From Candidatus Limnocylindrales bacterium (lineage in GTDB: Bacteria; Moduliflexota; Moduliflexia; Moduliflexales; JAUQPW01), in the NCBI GenBank assembly GCA_035559535.1, contig DATMBG010000037.1, positions 132,475-196,474 on the forward strand: DNA of 64,000 nt, given 5' to 3'. Positions 48,417 through 58,769 of this stretch are shown here, piece after piece; within the stretch, counting starts at the first letter, position 1; each line of letters starts with the position of its first letter. The notes under the pieces were generated by a model. The model saw nothing but the letters and a program-made list of their open reading frames with translations, had not been told where the DNA came from and made no database searches. A program made the position numbers and the translations under genes.

Positions 48417-49592
48417 TGTCTCAAGAATGTGCCGGATCTCTAGAAAGCGGAGCAGTCCTGTTTTAGTAATCATCCCGACCATCTTATCTTCGCGCACCAC
48501 CAACAGGCGACTTACTCCTTCTTGAACCATCTTCTTTAAGGCCTCTGCCAGAGAGGCTTCCGGAGCAATGAGGATGCTGTTACTTATGGGAATCATGACT
48601 TCTTCTACAGTTCTGTTCCCATCTTCCCCTTCAAGGAAATCCTTTACATCAGCAATGGAGACAATCCCGAGCACTTTTCCTTCTTGAACCACCGGAAATC
48701 CTCGATATCCATATCGAAGGAAGTACTCGTTGATCAGATGCCTGAGGGGTAACTCAGGTGGGATGCTTATCACCTCCTGGATCATCACTTCTTGAACTTG
48801 AACACCTTCCAAAGACTGCTTTATAATCAGCTCCTGATAACCACTCTCAGCAATTCCTCGTAGGAACATCCCGATGAAAATGAACCATAAGCCTCCTATC
48901 AAAGCTCCCATAAAAATTTGAAACCCACCCAAGATCATAAGGGTCAGGGCGAATCCTTTCCCTATATTGGAGGCTACTTGAGTAGCCCGGGTTAAGGAAC
49001 CGGTCCTCCACCACCAAAGGGCTCGTAAAATCCGTCCTCCATCCAGTGGAAATCCCGGGATAAGGTTAAAAATACCAACAGCCACATTGATCCAGATCAG
49101 ATAATCCAAAACAACCAGGCTCAAGGAGGGTTGGCTTCCCTCCAGACCCATCTTCATTCCCCGGAAAATCAGGGCCAGAGCAAAGCTACTCAGAGGTCCG
49201 ACAAAGGCTATTTTTAACTCCGTTTTCGGATCTTTGGCCTCCTCTGAAAGCCGAGAGATCCCCCCGAAAATAAAAAGGATAATCTCGGGAATCTTAATTC
49301 CAAAACGGATGGCCACGAGAGAATGGGAAAGTTCATGGATCAGAATGGAGAGAAAAAATAGAAAAGCTGCAATAAGCCCCGCAATCCAATAAGCCTGATT
49401 GCTTTGACCTGGATAATAATGGGGAAAATAACCGGCGGAAAGGCTCCAAACCACTAAAGCGAAGACGATAAGCCAGGAATAGTCTAAGGTAATTTGAATT
49501 CCGGCTATCTTAAAAAGATGGAACCCGGCTCTGTTTTCTTCTTCTATCATTTTTGCAGCCATATAAACCCCCTCTTCCTTAAATTTTCTCAT
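48414..49592 (-). CDS. Site-2 protease family (M50) zinc metalloprotease with tandem CBS domains
   Basis: HExxH (IHELSHSLVAIRFG) in a TM helix, a second conserved GGxxDG region (PGFPLDGGRILRAL), and a C-terminal CBS pair (VISIPPELPL..GFPVV, LLVV..DKMVGMITKTGLLRF). Confidence 0.8.
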   Translation of the reverse strand: MRKFKEEGVYMAAKMIEEENRAGFHLFKIAGIQITLDYSWLIVFALVVWSLSAGYFPHYYPGQSNQAYWIAGLIAAFLFFLSILIHELSHSLVAIRFGIKIPEIILFIFGGISRLSEEAKDPKTELKIAFVGPLSSFALALIFRGMKMGLEGSQPSLSLVVLDYLIWINVAVGIFNLIPGFPLDGGRILRALWWWRTGSLTRATQVASNIGKGFALTLMILGGFQIFMGALIGGLWFIFIGMFLRGIAESGYQELIIKQSLEGVQVQEVMIQEVISIPPELPLRHLINEYFLRYGYRGFPVVQEGKVLGIVSIADVKDFLEGEDGNRTVEEVMIPISNSILIAPEASLAEALKKMVQEGVSRLLVVREDKMVGMITKTGLLRFLEIRHILET

Positions 49593-49848
49593 TCATTAAG
49601 TTTCTGAAATTCATCAAACTTTTGAAAAAGAGATGCATTTCCGGTACCATTCTTCTCTCCTTCGTCATAGATAGAAGGTTTCCTGCAATAACATTTACCT
49701 ACAGAGTCTGATATCCTTTCTATTGGATAGAATGGGGTTCCCCAGGTCTCCCTTTTTAGGATTCCTTGGCTAATTTAGAGATTCTTCTTTTAACTAAACT
49801 TCGGTTACCGTTCTTTTTCTCTTATTAAGATCAAATTGCAGGTAGGTT

Positions 49849-49946
49849 AATTTTGTCTTGATTTTTAGCATTATCTGAACATCCTATCCCTATAAAGTCT
49901 TCCCTCTATTTGAAGAATTTTTGTCTTGATTTTTGACATTGTCTAA
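49849..49946. promoter_or_regulatory. Two about 31-bp direct repeats (AATTTTGTCTTGATTTTTRRCATTRTCTRA) about 35 nt apart upstream of the usp gene
   Basis: Repeat 1 is at 49849-49879 and repeat 2 at 49916-49946. Repeat 2 contains TTGACA. They lie 340-440 bp upstream of the usp start, in a 700-bp non-coding region. Confidence 0.5.
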
Positions 49947-50288
49947 TAAGCCAGCAGATATTGGAATTTTGCTGATACCGTAAGATTTTAGGACAAACAA
50001 GCCCGCTCTTATTTTCCTGTAGGGATCTGTGATGCTATCCACCTTCCTTTACCCGGGACTTATAACCCTCCGGGTAGCAGCAGGATCTTCATAATTGGAG
50101 GTTTTGGCACAGGTATTGCGGTATCTCCTTGGCAGTTAGGGAAGATCCATAAAAACACGTTTGACGAATAGGGAAGGATTCGTTTAGGGCGAACAAAACC
50201 AGCGTAAATTAGTAAAGAATTCAAGAGAGGATATAGAGAGAGAAGTTGCAATCCACAATCCTCGATCTCGAATTTAAGGAGGAAAGGT

Positions 50289-51230
50289 ATGTATCGATCT
50301 ATTCTTGTACCCCTCGATGGCTCGACATTCGCAGAATACGCACTGCCTGTAGCGCGAAGCATTGCGCGTCGGGCAGGTGCAACACTCCAACTGGCACGGG
50401 TGCATGTGCCCATCCCGGCAAGATACGTAGAAGGTATGGTCATCTTCGATAAGGAACTCGAAGCCCGGAATCGGGAGCATGAACAAGCCTACCTGGCTGA
50501 AGTGGTCAAACGTCTGGCAACCGATTCGGAAGTTCCTGTTACTTCTGTATTACTGGATGGGGAGATTGGGAAGATCTCTGAGGTACTCAATGACCATGTA
50601 AGGGCTATAGGCGCAGATCTCATAGTGATGTCAACTCACGGGCGAGGAGCTCTATCTCGCTTTTGGCTTGGAAGTGTGGCAGATAAGCTGGTGCGGCAAG
50701 GGTTAGTACCTATCTTGTTGGTACGGCCCTTAGAAGAGAAGGAAGATGGTCCAGATCTTGCCCATGAACCGGTCTTCCAACACATATTGATTCCCCTTGA
50801 TGGATCGGCGTTGTCCGAGCAAATCCTGGAACCCGCAGTAGCACTGGGTAAACTGATGCAGGCCGATTATACCTTGTTACGAGTCTTGGAGCCCTGGATG
50901 CCTATCGGTTATCCACCTACTGAATACTCCATCAGGCTGGACCACCAGTTGCAAGAGCAATTGCAGAGAGAGGCCGAAGAGTATCTGGAAGGGGTAGCTG
51001 GACGGTTGAGGGCCCAATCGCTTCAAGTCCAGGTAAGAGTGGTTTTCAGCCGATTTGCATCCACAGCCATCCTTGAGGAGGCAGGTAAGCAGGGAATTGA
51101 TCTGATTGCCATGGAGACACACGGGTGGGGAGGTTTAACACGGTTGCTTATAGGCAGCGTCGCCGATAAGGTGCTACGAGGTGCTTCCGTACCAATACTG
51201 TTACAACGTCCCCACGGAGAAACCCCGTGA
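50289..51230 (+). CDS. Universal stress protein, tandem UspA domains
   Basis: Two about 150-aa Usp domains, each starting ILVPLDGS and ending GSVADKV(L)R...VPILLV with the ATP-binding G-x2-G-x9-G(S/T)-like motifs ([40 protein letters not shown]). Confidence 0.8.
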   Translation: MYRSILVPLDGSTFAEYALPVARSIARRAGATLQLARVHVPIPARYVEGMVIFDKELEARNREHEQAYLAEVVKRLATDSEVPVTSVLLDGEIGKISEVLNDHVRAIGADLIVMSTHGRGALSRFWLGSVADKLVRQGLVPILLVRPLEEKEDGPDLAHEPVFQHILIPLDGSALSEQILEPAVALGKLMQADYTLLRVLEPWMPIGYPPTEYSIRLDHQLQEQLQREAEEYLEGVAGRLRAQSLQVQVRVVFSRFASTAILEEAGKQGIDLIAMETHGWGGLTRLLIGSVADKVLRGASVPILLQRPHGETP

Positions 51231-51498
51231 TCGTAGGGAAGCAGGGAGAGATCCTCGAAGGGGAGAATGAAGAAAGCTTCAGGTAATGGGTAATTTTTTA
51301 AGTTGCCCATGAAATAAGAGTGCGAAGCCCTCCACCAGCAGAAAACAAAAGACAAGCTGGTTTTTACAGTGAAAAAGAGTAGAGGGATAGGGAAGTCTAT
51401 CCTGGTACTTCTCGAGGGTTCCAGTTTTTTCAGAACATGCACTAAGGGTGGATCATAGTTTTAAAGGCTTCAAAGATTATATTCCCTATTTTTAGGGT

Positions 51499-51514
51499 TG
51501 GCACCTCAATTGCT
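51499..51514 (+). promoter_or_regulatory. Sigma-54 (RpoN) promoter: TGGCAC-N5-TTGCT
   Basis: Exact -24 GG (TGGCAC at 51499-51504) and -12 GC (TTGC at 51510-51513) with the canonical 5-nt spacing, about 115 nt upstream of the AMP-ligase start at 51631. Confidence 0.6.
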
Positions 51515-51630
51515 ATCCTAAGAGGGAAAATACTTTGAGAAATGGCCTTTTTGATCTTACTGGAAGTCAAAGTAAGGGGATCTAGACATCAGAAGAGCTT
51601 ACGGATTCTGGTAGCTAGATAGGCCCTAAC

Positions 51631-53418
51631 ATGAAAGCGAAAGGAAGCCCTGTGAATTGGAAACCGATCAAGAAATTTCCAAATACCTGGACTGTTAAGC
51701 CAAATCTCTTGGACTATGACAAAACCTATGCTACCTTTTCCTGGGAAGAGGTACGTCGGGAACTTGACGGCTTGCCAGATGGCAAAGGTCTGAACATAGC
51801 CCATGAGGCTATTGACCGACACGCCACTGGTCCAAGACGTGATCACCTGGCCATCCGATGGTTAAGTAGGGAGGGGTCAGTCCGCGACTTTACTTATGGA
51901 GATCTCAGGGAGCAGAGTAATCGTTTTGCCAACGTGCTTAGGGGACTGGGTGTGGGGAAGGGTGATCGGGTATTTGTCCTGGCTGGCCGCATTCCCAGCC
52001 TTTACATTGCTGCGCTTGGTTCCCTAAAGAACACCAGCGTCTTCTGTCCTTTGTTTTCTGCCTTTGGTCCGGAGCCTATCTTCCAGCGGCTGAGCAGAGG
52101 AGATGCCAAAGTTTTGGTGACTACCGAACGGTTGTATCGGCAGAAAGTTGCCGACATGCGGGAGCGCCTACCGCAATTACAACATGTATTGTTGGCAGAT
52201 ATAGACGAAGATATAAACCCGGGTACCTGGTCCCTACCGAAACGGCTGAAGGAAGCAGCCAGTGAGTTTACAATCCCTCCGACGGATCCAGAGGATATGG
52301 CACTTTTACATTTTACCAGCGGTACCACCGGAATGCCTAAGGGAGCCATTCATGTACATGAGGCTGTGTTAACCCATTATGTGACCGGAAAGTATGTATT
52401 GGACTTCCATCCCGAGGATATCTTCTGGTGTACAGCCGACCCTGGATGGGTAACCGGTACTTCCTATGGGATCATTGCGCCTCTGGTCCACGGTATTACC
52501 AACCTTATTGATGAAGCCGATTTTGATGCAACCCGTTGGTATCGCATCCTGGAAGAGCAAAGGGTAACCATATGGTATACAGCTCCCACAGCGATTCGTA
52601 GGTTGATGCGTATGGAGATCGAGCCACGCCAGCAGTACGACCTGAGTCATTTGCGGCTCATTCATAGTGTTGGTGAACCACTTAATCCCGAAGCAGTTGT
52701 TTGGGGCGAGCAGGTACTGGGGCTACCGATTCATGATAACTGGTGGCAGACCGAAACCGGTGGGATCATGATCGCCAACTTTCCTTCCATGGAGATCCGA
52801 CCCGGCTCGATGGGACGCCCCTTGCCTGGGATCGAAGCAGCTATCGTCCGACGGATAAATGAGGATAAAGATGAGGTAGAAGTAGTGAAGGAGCCTCATG
52901 TCGAAGGAGAGCTGGCGCTTAAGCCCGGTTGGCCTTCCATGTTCCGGGGATATCTTCATGAGGAGAAGCGCTACCAGAAGTGCTTTGTAGGGGGTTGGTA
53001 CCTTACCGGTGACCTGGCCAGACGTGATGAAGATGGTTACTTTTGGTTTATAGGACGGGCTGATGATATCATTAAAACCTCTGGACACATGGTGGGTCCG
53101 TTCGAAGTAGAGAGTGTGCTAATGGAGCATCCAACTGTGGCTGAAGCAGCTGTAATCGGCAAACCTGAGCCATTGATCGGCGAGCTGGTCAAAGCCTTTG
53201 TTTCTCTTAAACCTGGCATAGAACCTAGCGAGAAACTTCGTCTGGAACTTCTAGGTTTCGCCCGTTCCAGGTTGGGGTCAGCAGTAGCACCTAAAGAAAT
53301 CGAATTTCAAGCCAATCTGCCCAGGACCCGCAGTGGTAAGATTATGCGCCGGTTGCTTAAGGCGCGCGAGCTGGGGTTACCGGAGGGCGATATATCCACT
53401 TTGGAGACAAGTGAATGA
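51631..53418 (+). CDS. AMP-forming acyl-CoA/acetyl-CoA synthetase (short ACS-like, ANL superfamily)
   Basis: AMP-binding motif [16 protein letters not shown] and the adenylation core (YGxTE-like [28 protein letters not shown], the C-terminal [11 protein letters not shown] Lys motif). Length 595 aa. Confidence 0.8.
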   Translation: MKAKGSPVNWKPIKKFPNTWTVKPNLLDYDKTYATFSWEEVRRELDGLPDGKGLNIAHEAIDRHATGPRRDHLAIRWLSREGSVRDFTYGDLREQSNRFANVLRGLGVGKGDRVFVLAGRIPSLYIAALGSLKNTSVFCPLFSAFGPEPIFQRLSRGDAKVLVTTERLYRQKVADMRERLPQLQHVLLADIDEDINPGTWSLPKRLKEAASEFTIPPTDPEDMALLHFTSGTTGMPKGAIHVHEAVLTHYVTGKYVLDFHPEDIFWCTADPGWVTGTSYGIIAPLVHGITNLIDEADFDATRWYRILEEQRVTIWYTAPTAIRRLMRMEIEPRQQYDLSHLRLIHSVGEPLNPEAVVWGEQVLGLPIHDNWWQTETGGIMIANFPSMEIRPGSMGRPLPGIEAAIVRRINEDKDEVEVVKEPHVEGELALKPGWPSMFRGYLHEEKRYQKCFVGGWYLTGDLARRDEDGYFWFIGRADDIIKTSGHMVGPFEVESVLMEHPTVAEAAVIGKPEPLIGELVKAFVSLKPGIEPSEKLRLELLGFARSRLGSAVAPKEIEFQANLPRTRSGKIMRRLLKARELGLPEGDISTLETSE

Positions 53419-54449
53419 GTCCAGAAACCATCATAAAGCCAACGAATACAGAGACAATACCCTCACAGAGGATAGTCCCTATCAGTCGTGAACATGCCCT
53501 GCATCTGCTATACCAGATGATTCGGATTCGGCGTTTTGAAGCAAAGTCGGCTGAATTGTATGGGGCCATGAAGATCCGTGGTTTCCTGCACCTGTACGAT
53601 GGTGAGGAGGCGGTGGCCGTGGGGGTGATGGAAGCTCTCAGACCTGAAGATGCCGTCGTGGCCACCTATCGGGAACATGGTCATGCCCTGGCACGGGGGA
53701 TTCCTGCGGGTGCGATTATGGCAGAGATGTATGGTAAACAGGAGGGTTGCAGTCGGGGTCGGGGGGGGTCCATGCACCTCTTTGATGCTAAGACGCGTTT
53801 CTATGGAGGTAATGCCATTGTTGGTGGCGGTTTGCCCCTCGCAGTAGGATTGGCTCTGGCAGACAAGATGCAGGGTAAGCGACGTGTAACCTGTTGCTTC
53901 TTTGGAGATGGTGCTGTTGCCGAAGGGGAATTCCATGAATCCATGAATCTTGCGGCTCTCTGGCAGCTTCCGGTTTTATTTATTTGTGAGAATAATCTAT
54001 ACGCCATGGGAACTGCCTTGCAATTATCTCAGTCCATTACGGATCTAGCCAAGAAGGCAGCCGGCTATGCCGTGGCTGCTGAAGCTGTGGATGGGATGGA
54101 TGTACTGGCTGTAGAGGTAGCAGCCAAAAAAGCAGTTGAGATCGTGCGAGCCGGCGAAGGGCCCTATTTTCTAGAGTGTCGGACCTACCGTTTCCGAGGT
54201 CATTCGGCGTTTGATACAGAGTTATATCGGACTAAAGCTGAGGTTGAGGAATGGAAGAAACGGGACCCCATTAAGACCTTCATCGAGTATCTTAAAAACC
54301 AGGGGCTTGTCAGTGAGATGGACTTAAATGAGCTGGAACGGAAAGTAGCCGACGAAATTAAAGAAGCTGTAGACTTTGCAGAAGCGGGGACTTGGGAACC
54401 TGTAGAAGATCTGACACGCTTTGTTTACTCAGAACGGAGGGAGGTATGA
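53415..54449 (+). CDS. 2-oxoacid (pyruvate/acetoin) dehydrogenase E1 component alpha subunit (TPP-binding)
   Basis: The TPP motif [31 protein letters not shown] and the phosphorylation-loop-like region YRFRGHS are present. A 4-bp overlap with the AMP-ligase stop. Confidence 0.85.
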   Translation: MSPETIIKPTNTETIPSQRIVPISREHALHLLYQMIRIRRFEAKSAELYGAMKIRGFLHLYDGEEAVAVGVMEALRPEDAVVATYREHGHALARGIPAGAIMAEMYGKQEGCSRGRGGSMHLFDAKTRFYGGNAIVGGGLPLAVGLALADKMQGKRRVTCCFFGDGAVAEGEFHESMNLAALWQLPVLFICENNLYAMGTALQLSQSITDLAKKAAGYAVAAEAVDGMDVLAVEVAAKKAVEIVRAGEGPYFLECRTYRFRGHSAFDTELYRTKAEVEEWKKRDPIKTFIEYLKNQGLVSEMDLNELERKVADEIKEAVDFAEAGTWEPVEDLTRFVYSERREV

Positions 54450-55441
54450 AGGAAAATCCACAGATGATCCGACTGACTTATCGAGAAGCAGTACGGGAAG
54501 CGATCCGGGAGGCCTTACGCAAGGACGATCGGGTGTTTTTGATGGGTGAGGATGTTGGCCGCTATGGTGGCTGTTTTGCCGTCAGCAAAGGTTTACTCCA
54601 GGAGTTCGGTCCGGAGCGTATCCGTGATACTCCGTTGTCGGAATCAGCTTTTGTCGGTGCCGGGATAGGTGCTGCGATGGGCGGCATGCGCCCTATTGTG
54701 GAGATCATGACGGTGAATTTCAGTCTCCTGGCTGCCGATCAAATCCTCAACAACGCCGCTACGATTCTTCACATGTCGGGCGGTCAGTTTAACATTCCAC
54801 TGGTCATTCGAATGGCAACCGGTGGGGGTCGACAAGTAGCAGCCCAACATTCCCACAGTCTGGAAGGTTGGTATGCCCATATCCCGGGGATCAAAGTGTT
54901 AACTCCGGCAACGCTGGAAGATGCCCGGGGTATGCTTTGGACTGCCCTTGAGGATCCAGATCCCGTGCTGATCTTTGAAAATTCCAACCTCTACAATATG
55001 GAAGGTCAGCTACCTGCCGATGCAGGTCCGGTGGATATCCACCGGGCCCGTGTGCGGAGGCCAGGGAGTGATGTAACGATCATTACCTATAGTGCAAGCC
55101 TCTTCAAAGCCCTGGATGCGGCAGAAATTCTGGCAAGGGAAGGGATTGATGCTGAAGTTATTGATCTGCGCACGCTACGCCCTTTAGACCAGGAAACCTT
55201 TTTGGCCTCAGTGACCAAGACTCACCGTGCAGTGATCGTGGACGAAGGCTGGCGCAGTGGGAGCATCTCGGCTGAGATCGCCGCACGTATCATGGAGGGT
55301 GCTTTCTACGAGTTAGACGCTCCAGTTGAACGCATTTGTAGTGCAGAGGTTCCCATGCCTTATGCCAAACATCTGGAGCAGGCGGCATTACCCCAAACCG
55401 AGACCATTGTAGCAACGATTAAAAGAATGATGCATTCCTGA
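54446..55441 (+). CDS. 2-oxoacid dehydrogenase E1 component beta subunit
   Basis: Transketolase-like pyrimidine-binding and C-terminal domains ([33 protein letters not shown]). ATG at 54446 overlaps the E1 alpha stop (ATGA) and is preceded by ggaggg. Confidence 0.85.
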   Translation: MKENPQMIRLTYREAVREAIREALRKDDRVFLMGEDVGRYGGCFAVSKGLLQEFGPERIRDTPLSESAFVGAGIGAAMGGMRPIVEIMTVNFSLLAADQILNNAATILHMSGGQFNIPLVIRMATGGGRQVAAQHSHSLEGWYAHIPGIKVLTPATLEDARGMLWTALEDPDPVLIFENSNLYNMEGQLPADAGPVDIHRARVRRPGSDVTIITYSASLFKALDAAEILAREGIDAEVIDLRTLRPLDQETFLASVTKTHRAVIVDEGWRSGSISAEIAARIMEGAFYELDAPVERICSAEVPMPYAKHLEQAALPQTETIVATIKRMMHS

Positions 55442-55514
55442 GTGGTGAATTCAGACTTTAGAATAACAAGTCAGATCGCTCATCATTCAGCAGGCATCGT
55501 TCATCATTGGCAAG

Positions 55515-56753
55515 ATGGCTGAGTTTCGTATGCCCAGTTTGGGTGCTGATATGAAAGCAGGTACTTTGGTTGCCTGGAGGGTCAAACCCGGTGATCGCGT
55601 CAAGCGTGGTGATATCATCGCCGAAGTAGAGACAGAAAAAGGGCTTGTTGAAGTGGAGGTCTTCGAAGAGGGTGTGGTGGATCAGATTTTCGTTCAGCCT
55701 GGGGAGAAAGTTCCTGTGGAGACGGTGCTGGCCATGATTCGTCCTGAGGGAATGCCGGCGGTATCTGCCCCCGCAGAGGTCCCACAAGCAGCAGTAAAAG
55801 AGCATGTTCCAGCGGAGGCAGGACCGGAGGTAAAACCAGGCCTCGAAGTCTCGCACCTGCCGGGTCAACCCCCGCAGAGACGTATCCGGGTTTCGCCCCT
55901 GGCCCGCAAATTGGCGGCTGAGCTTGGAATTGATCTGAGTACCGTGCAGGGAACAGGTCCTATGGGAGCCATCGAGCGAGCCGATGTTGAGCGTGCCGCA
56001 GCGAAAAGACTCGCAGAAAAAGCTCCCACACCATCAGTTTCGGAGAAACCTGGACCACCTACTATGGAAAAGCCTGCCGTCACCGAGTTCCAGATTGGTA
56101 TGCGACGAGCCATCGCCGCAGCCATGTCTCGCTCCAATCGCGAGATCCCTCATTATTACTTAGAGACCCGTATCGATATGAGTCGTGCCCTCCGATGGTT
56201 AGAAGCGGAAAATCAAAGGCGCTCCATCAAGGAGCGACTCTTACCTGCTGTATTGCTGATCAAGGCAGTAGCACGGGCATTAGGGGAAGTACCTGAACTC
56301 AATGGTTATTGGATCGATGACCGCCTTCAACCTCAGGAAGCGATACACATTGGCTTTGCCATCTCGCTCCGGCAAGGCGGATTGGTTGTGCCCGCCATTC
56401 ACCATGTAGACTTGAAGAGTTTAGATGAACTGATGGAGGCACTGCGAGATCTGATTACGCGAGTACGGGCCGGTCGTCTGCGTAGTCCTGAAATGACCGA
56501 TGCAACCATTACTATAACGAATCTGGGCGACCTGGGTGTCGAGAAGGTCTTTGGAGTCATCTATCCACCCCAGGTGGCACTGGTAGGCTTTGGCAAAATC
56601 ACAGAGCAGCCCTGGGCAGAGAATGGTATGATCGGAATCCGACCGGTTCTGACAGCAACCCTGGCGGCAGATCATCGTGCCACCGATGGGCACCAGGGAG
56701 GTCGGTTCCTGGAAGCCCTCAACCGTCACCTGCAGGAGGCAGCCAAGTTATGA
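55515..56753 (+). CDS. Dihydrolipoamide acyltransferase E2 component (lipoyl domain + E3-binding domain + catalytic domain)
   Basis: N-terminal lipoyl domain with the ETEKG lysine, an Ala/Pro-rich linker, a PSBD ([25 protein letters not shown]) and a catalytic domain with the DHRATDG active-site His. Confidence 0.85.
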   Translation: MAEFRMPSLGADMKAGTLVAWRVKPGDRVKRGDIIAEVETEKGLVEVEVFEEGVVDQIFVQPGEKVPVETVLAMIRPEGMPAVSAPAEVPQAAVKEHVPAEAGPEVKPGLEVSHLPGQPPQRRIRVSPLARKLAAELGIDLSTVQGTGPMGAIERADVERAAAKRLAEKAPTPSVSEKPGPPTMEKPAVTEFQIGMRRAIAAAMSRSNREIPHYYLETRIDMSRALRWLEAENQRRSIKERLLPAVLLIKAVARALGEVPELNGYWIDDRLQPQEAIHIGFAISLRQGGLVVPAIHHVDLKSLDELMEALRDLITRVRAGRLRSPEMTDATITITNLGDLGVEKVFGVIYPPQVALVGFGKITEQPWAENGMIGIRPVLTATLAADHRATDGHQGGRFLEALNRHLQEAAKL

Positions 56754-56995
56754 CCGAAGCACAGATTAAGGAGACTATCTTTAAGGTCCTGGGACGGATC
56801 GCCCCGGAAGCCCAGTTGGATAAACTTGCACCTAATGACAACCTCCGAGAAACATTGGACATTGACTCCTTCGATTACCTCCAGTTCCTTATCGGTCTCA
56901 ATGAGGAACTGGGCGTGGAGATCCCAGAAGCAGACTACGGACAGTTGACTACCCTGGCCGATCTTATCCGTTACCTTTCGGCTCGTGTCCGTTGA
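56750..56995 (+). CDS. Acyl carrier protein-like (phosphopantetheine-binding), translationally coupled to E2
   Basis: 81 aa with a four-helix ACP-like pattern and a candidate 4'-phosphopantetheine Ser in [11 protein letters not shown]. The start overlaps the E2 stop by 4 nt. Confidence 0.55.
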   Translation: MTEAQIKETIFKVLGRIAPEAQLDKLAPNDNLRETLDIDSFDYLQFLIGLNEELGVEIPEADYGQLTTLADLIRYLSARVR

Positions 56996-57101
56996 CGCTT
57001 CAGGGAAAAAGTTTAAGGAATCATCTTTATAAGATGTCTCGTCGATTCGAAAAGTCAACCTCTAAGAAATGATCCTGATTTTTAGGAAAGGAGCCTATAA
57101 C

Positions 57102-58274
57102 ATGAAATTACTGATCAGGGATGAACTCAAGATCCTCCTGGAAGAACATGAAAAACCCTGTCTATCAATTTTTATGCCTATGTACCGGACCGGAGCTGAA
57201 ATTCAACAAAATCCCGTCCGATTTAAGAATATGCTTCGGGAAGCCGAAGAACGTCTGATCACAAGTGGTCAGGAAGAACAAGATGTTAAAGAACTCCTGG
57301 ATCCGGTCCAGGAGTTGTTGAAGGAGGATGATTTTTGGCAACATCCCCTCAATGGGTTGGCGGTATACCGCTCTCCAGACTTCTTTCGTTACTATCGCCT
57401 TCCCTTTGATCTTCAAGAGCTGATAATCATTGCCGATCACTTTTATATCAAACCACTTCTCCCTATATTCTATGCTGAAAAGCGATTCTATATATTGGCT
57501 CTTAGCCAGAACCAAGTCAAGTTGTTTCAAGCCACCCGTTATAGTATCAATGAGGTCGAATTAAAAGGTATCCCTCAAAGTCTTGCCGAAGCTCTTAAAT
57601 ATGAATATCCTGAAAAGCAACCTCAATTCCGTACCAGTGCACCAGGAGGGAAACAACACCCAGGTCCGCGACGAGCAGCTGTTTTTTATGCTTATGGAGT
57701 AGATATCGATGATGCTAAAGGTCGGATCCTACGCTATTTTCGGGAGATTGACGCAGGATTGCATGGATTGTTTAGGGATGAACAAGTACCCCTCATACTG
57801 GCAAGCGTTGAGTATCTATTTCCGATTTACCGAGAAGCAAATACCTATCCTTATCTGATGGAGAAAGGAATCCCCGGAAACCCCGAGTTGCTGAGTGCAG
57901 AAGAATTACATAAGCAAGCCTGGGCTATTGCACAGCCTTATTTTCAGAAGGCACAAGAGGAAGCTGCAGCCCGGTACCGGGAGTTGGCAGGGAGTGGCCG
58001 GGTTTCCAATAACATTAGAGAGATCATCCCGGCTGCCCACTATGGACGGGTCGAATCCTTGTTTGTTGCTGCGGGCTATCAACAATGGGGGACCTTTGAT
58101 CCGGATACCAATCGGATTGATCTACACCAGAGTGCTGAACCGGGAGATGAGGATCTACTGGATTTAGCAGTTATTCAAACCCTTCTGCATGGTGGAAGCG
58201 TTTATACCGTTAGTCTGGAAGAAATGCCTGATGGGCAAAAGCGGGAACCGTTAGCTGCTATATTTCGCTATTAA
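57102..58274 (+). CDS. Hypothetical protein, probable baeRF (bacterial-archaeal eRF1-like) family
   Basis: ATG at 57102 preceded by aggaaaggag. The N-terminus (LEEHEKPCLSIFMPMYRTG) resembles baeRF/Rv2629-like proteins, and the C-terminus (LLDLAVIQTLLHGGSVYTV) resembles the eRF1/Pelota domain 3. The family call is from memory only. Confidence 0.45.
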   Translation: MKLLIRDELKILLEEHEKPCLSIFMPMYRTGAEIQQNPVRFKNMLREAEERLITSGQEEQDVKELLDPVQELLKEDDFWQHPLNGLAVYRSPDFFRYYRLPFDLQELIIIADHFYIKPLLPIFYAEKRFYILALSQNQVKLFQATRYSINEVELKGIPQSLAEALKYEYPEKQPQFRTSAPGGKQHPGPRRAAVFYAYGVDIDDAKGRILRYFREIDAGLHGLFRDEQVPLILASVEYLFPIYREANTYPYLMEKGIPGNPELLSAEELHKQAWAIAQPYFQKAQEEAAARYRELAGSGRVSNNIREIIPAAHYGRVESLFVAAGYQQWGTFDPDTNRIDLHQSAEPGDEDLLDLAVIQTLLHGGSVYTVSLEEMPDGQKREPLAAIFRY

Positions 58275-58296
58275 ATAAGAGTGTACTTCCAACTTT

Positions 58297-58740
58297 TCAA
58301 CTTTCTTTTAATTTAATGAGTAACCAATCCCGAGAGCGACCTTTTATACGTACCAATACATAGGGACCCTTTAACTTTTGACCCTGTAAGGTGAACTTGA
58401 GTTGGTCCGGCCCGGCTTTCTCCAGCGAATAGGTTCCTTGATCCCAGATATGGACCATCCCTGCTCCATACAGACCTTCAGGGATAACCCCTTCAAAATT
58501 AATATAATCTACGGGATGGTCCTCTACTTGCACGGCCAGGCGACGTATGCCGGGTTTTTGGGGTGGACCCTTGGGCACGGCCCAACTCCGCAGTACCCCT
58601 GCCATCTCCAGTCGGAAGTCATAGTGTAAGTGACTGGCCTGATGCTCCTGCACAACGAAGCGGTGCTGTTTGTTATCCAGCCTCATACTCCAGGGCTTTG
58701 GTGATTTCACAGAATTTTGTTTTGGATGATAGGTTGCCAA
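58297..58740 (-). CDS. Stand-alone DNA ligase D 3'-phosphoesterase (LigD-PE) domain protein
   Basis: FVVQEHQASHLHYDFRLE..GVLRSWAVPKGPP..GKPYVLVRIKG, the diagnostic LigD PE-domain motifs. Only 147 aa, with no ligase or polymerase domains. Confidence 0.75.
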   Translation of the reverse strand: MATYHPKQNSVKSPKPWSMRLDNKQHRFVVQEHQASHLHYDFRLEMAGVLRSWAVPKGPPQKPGIRRLAVQVEDHPVDYINFEGVIPEGLYGAGMVHIWDQGTYSLEKAGPDQLKFTLQGQKLKGPYVLVRIKGRSRDWLLIKLKES

Positions 58741-58769
58741 GGTTATAATTTCCTCTCGGACTTTAATGC

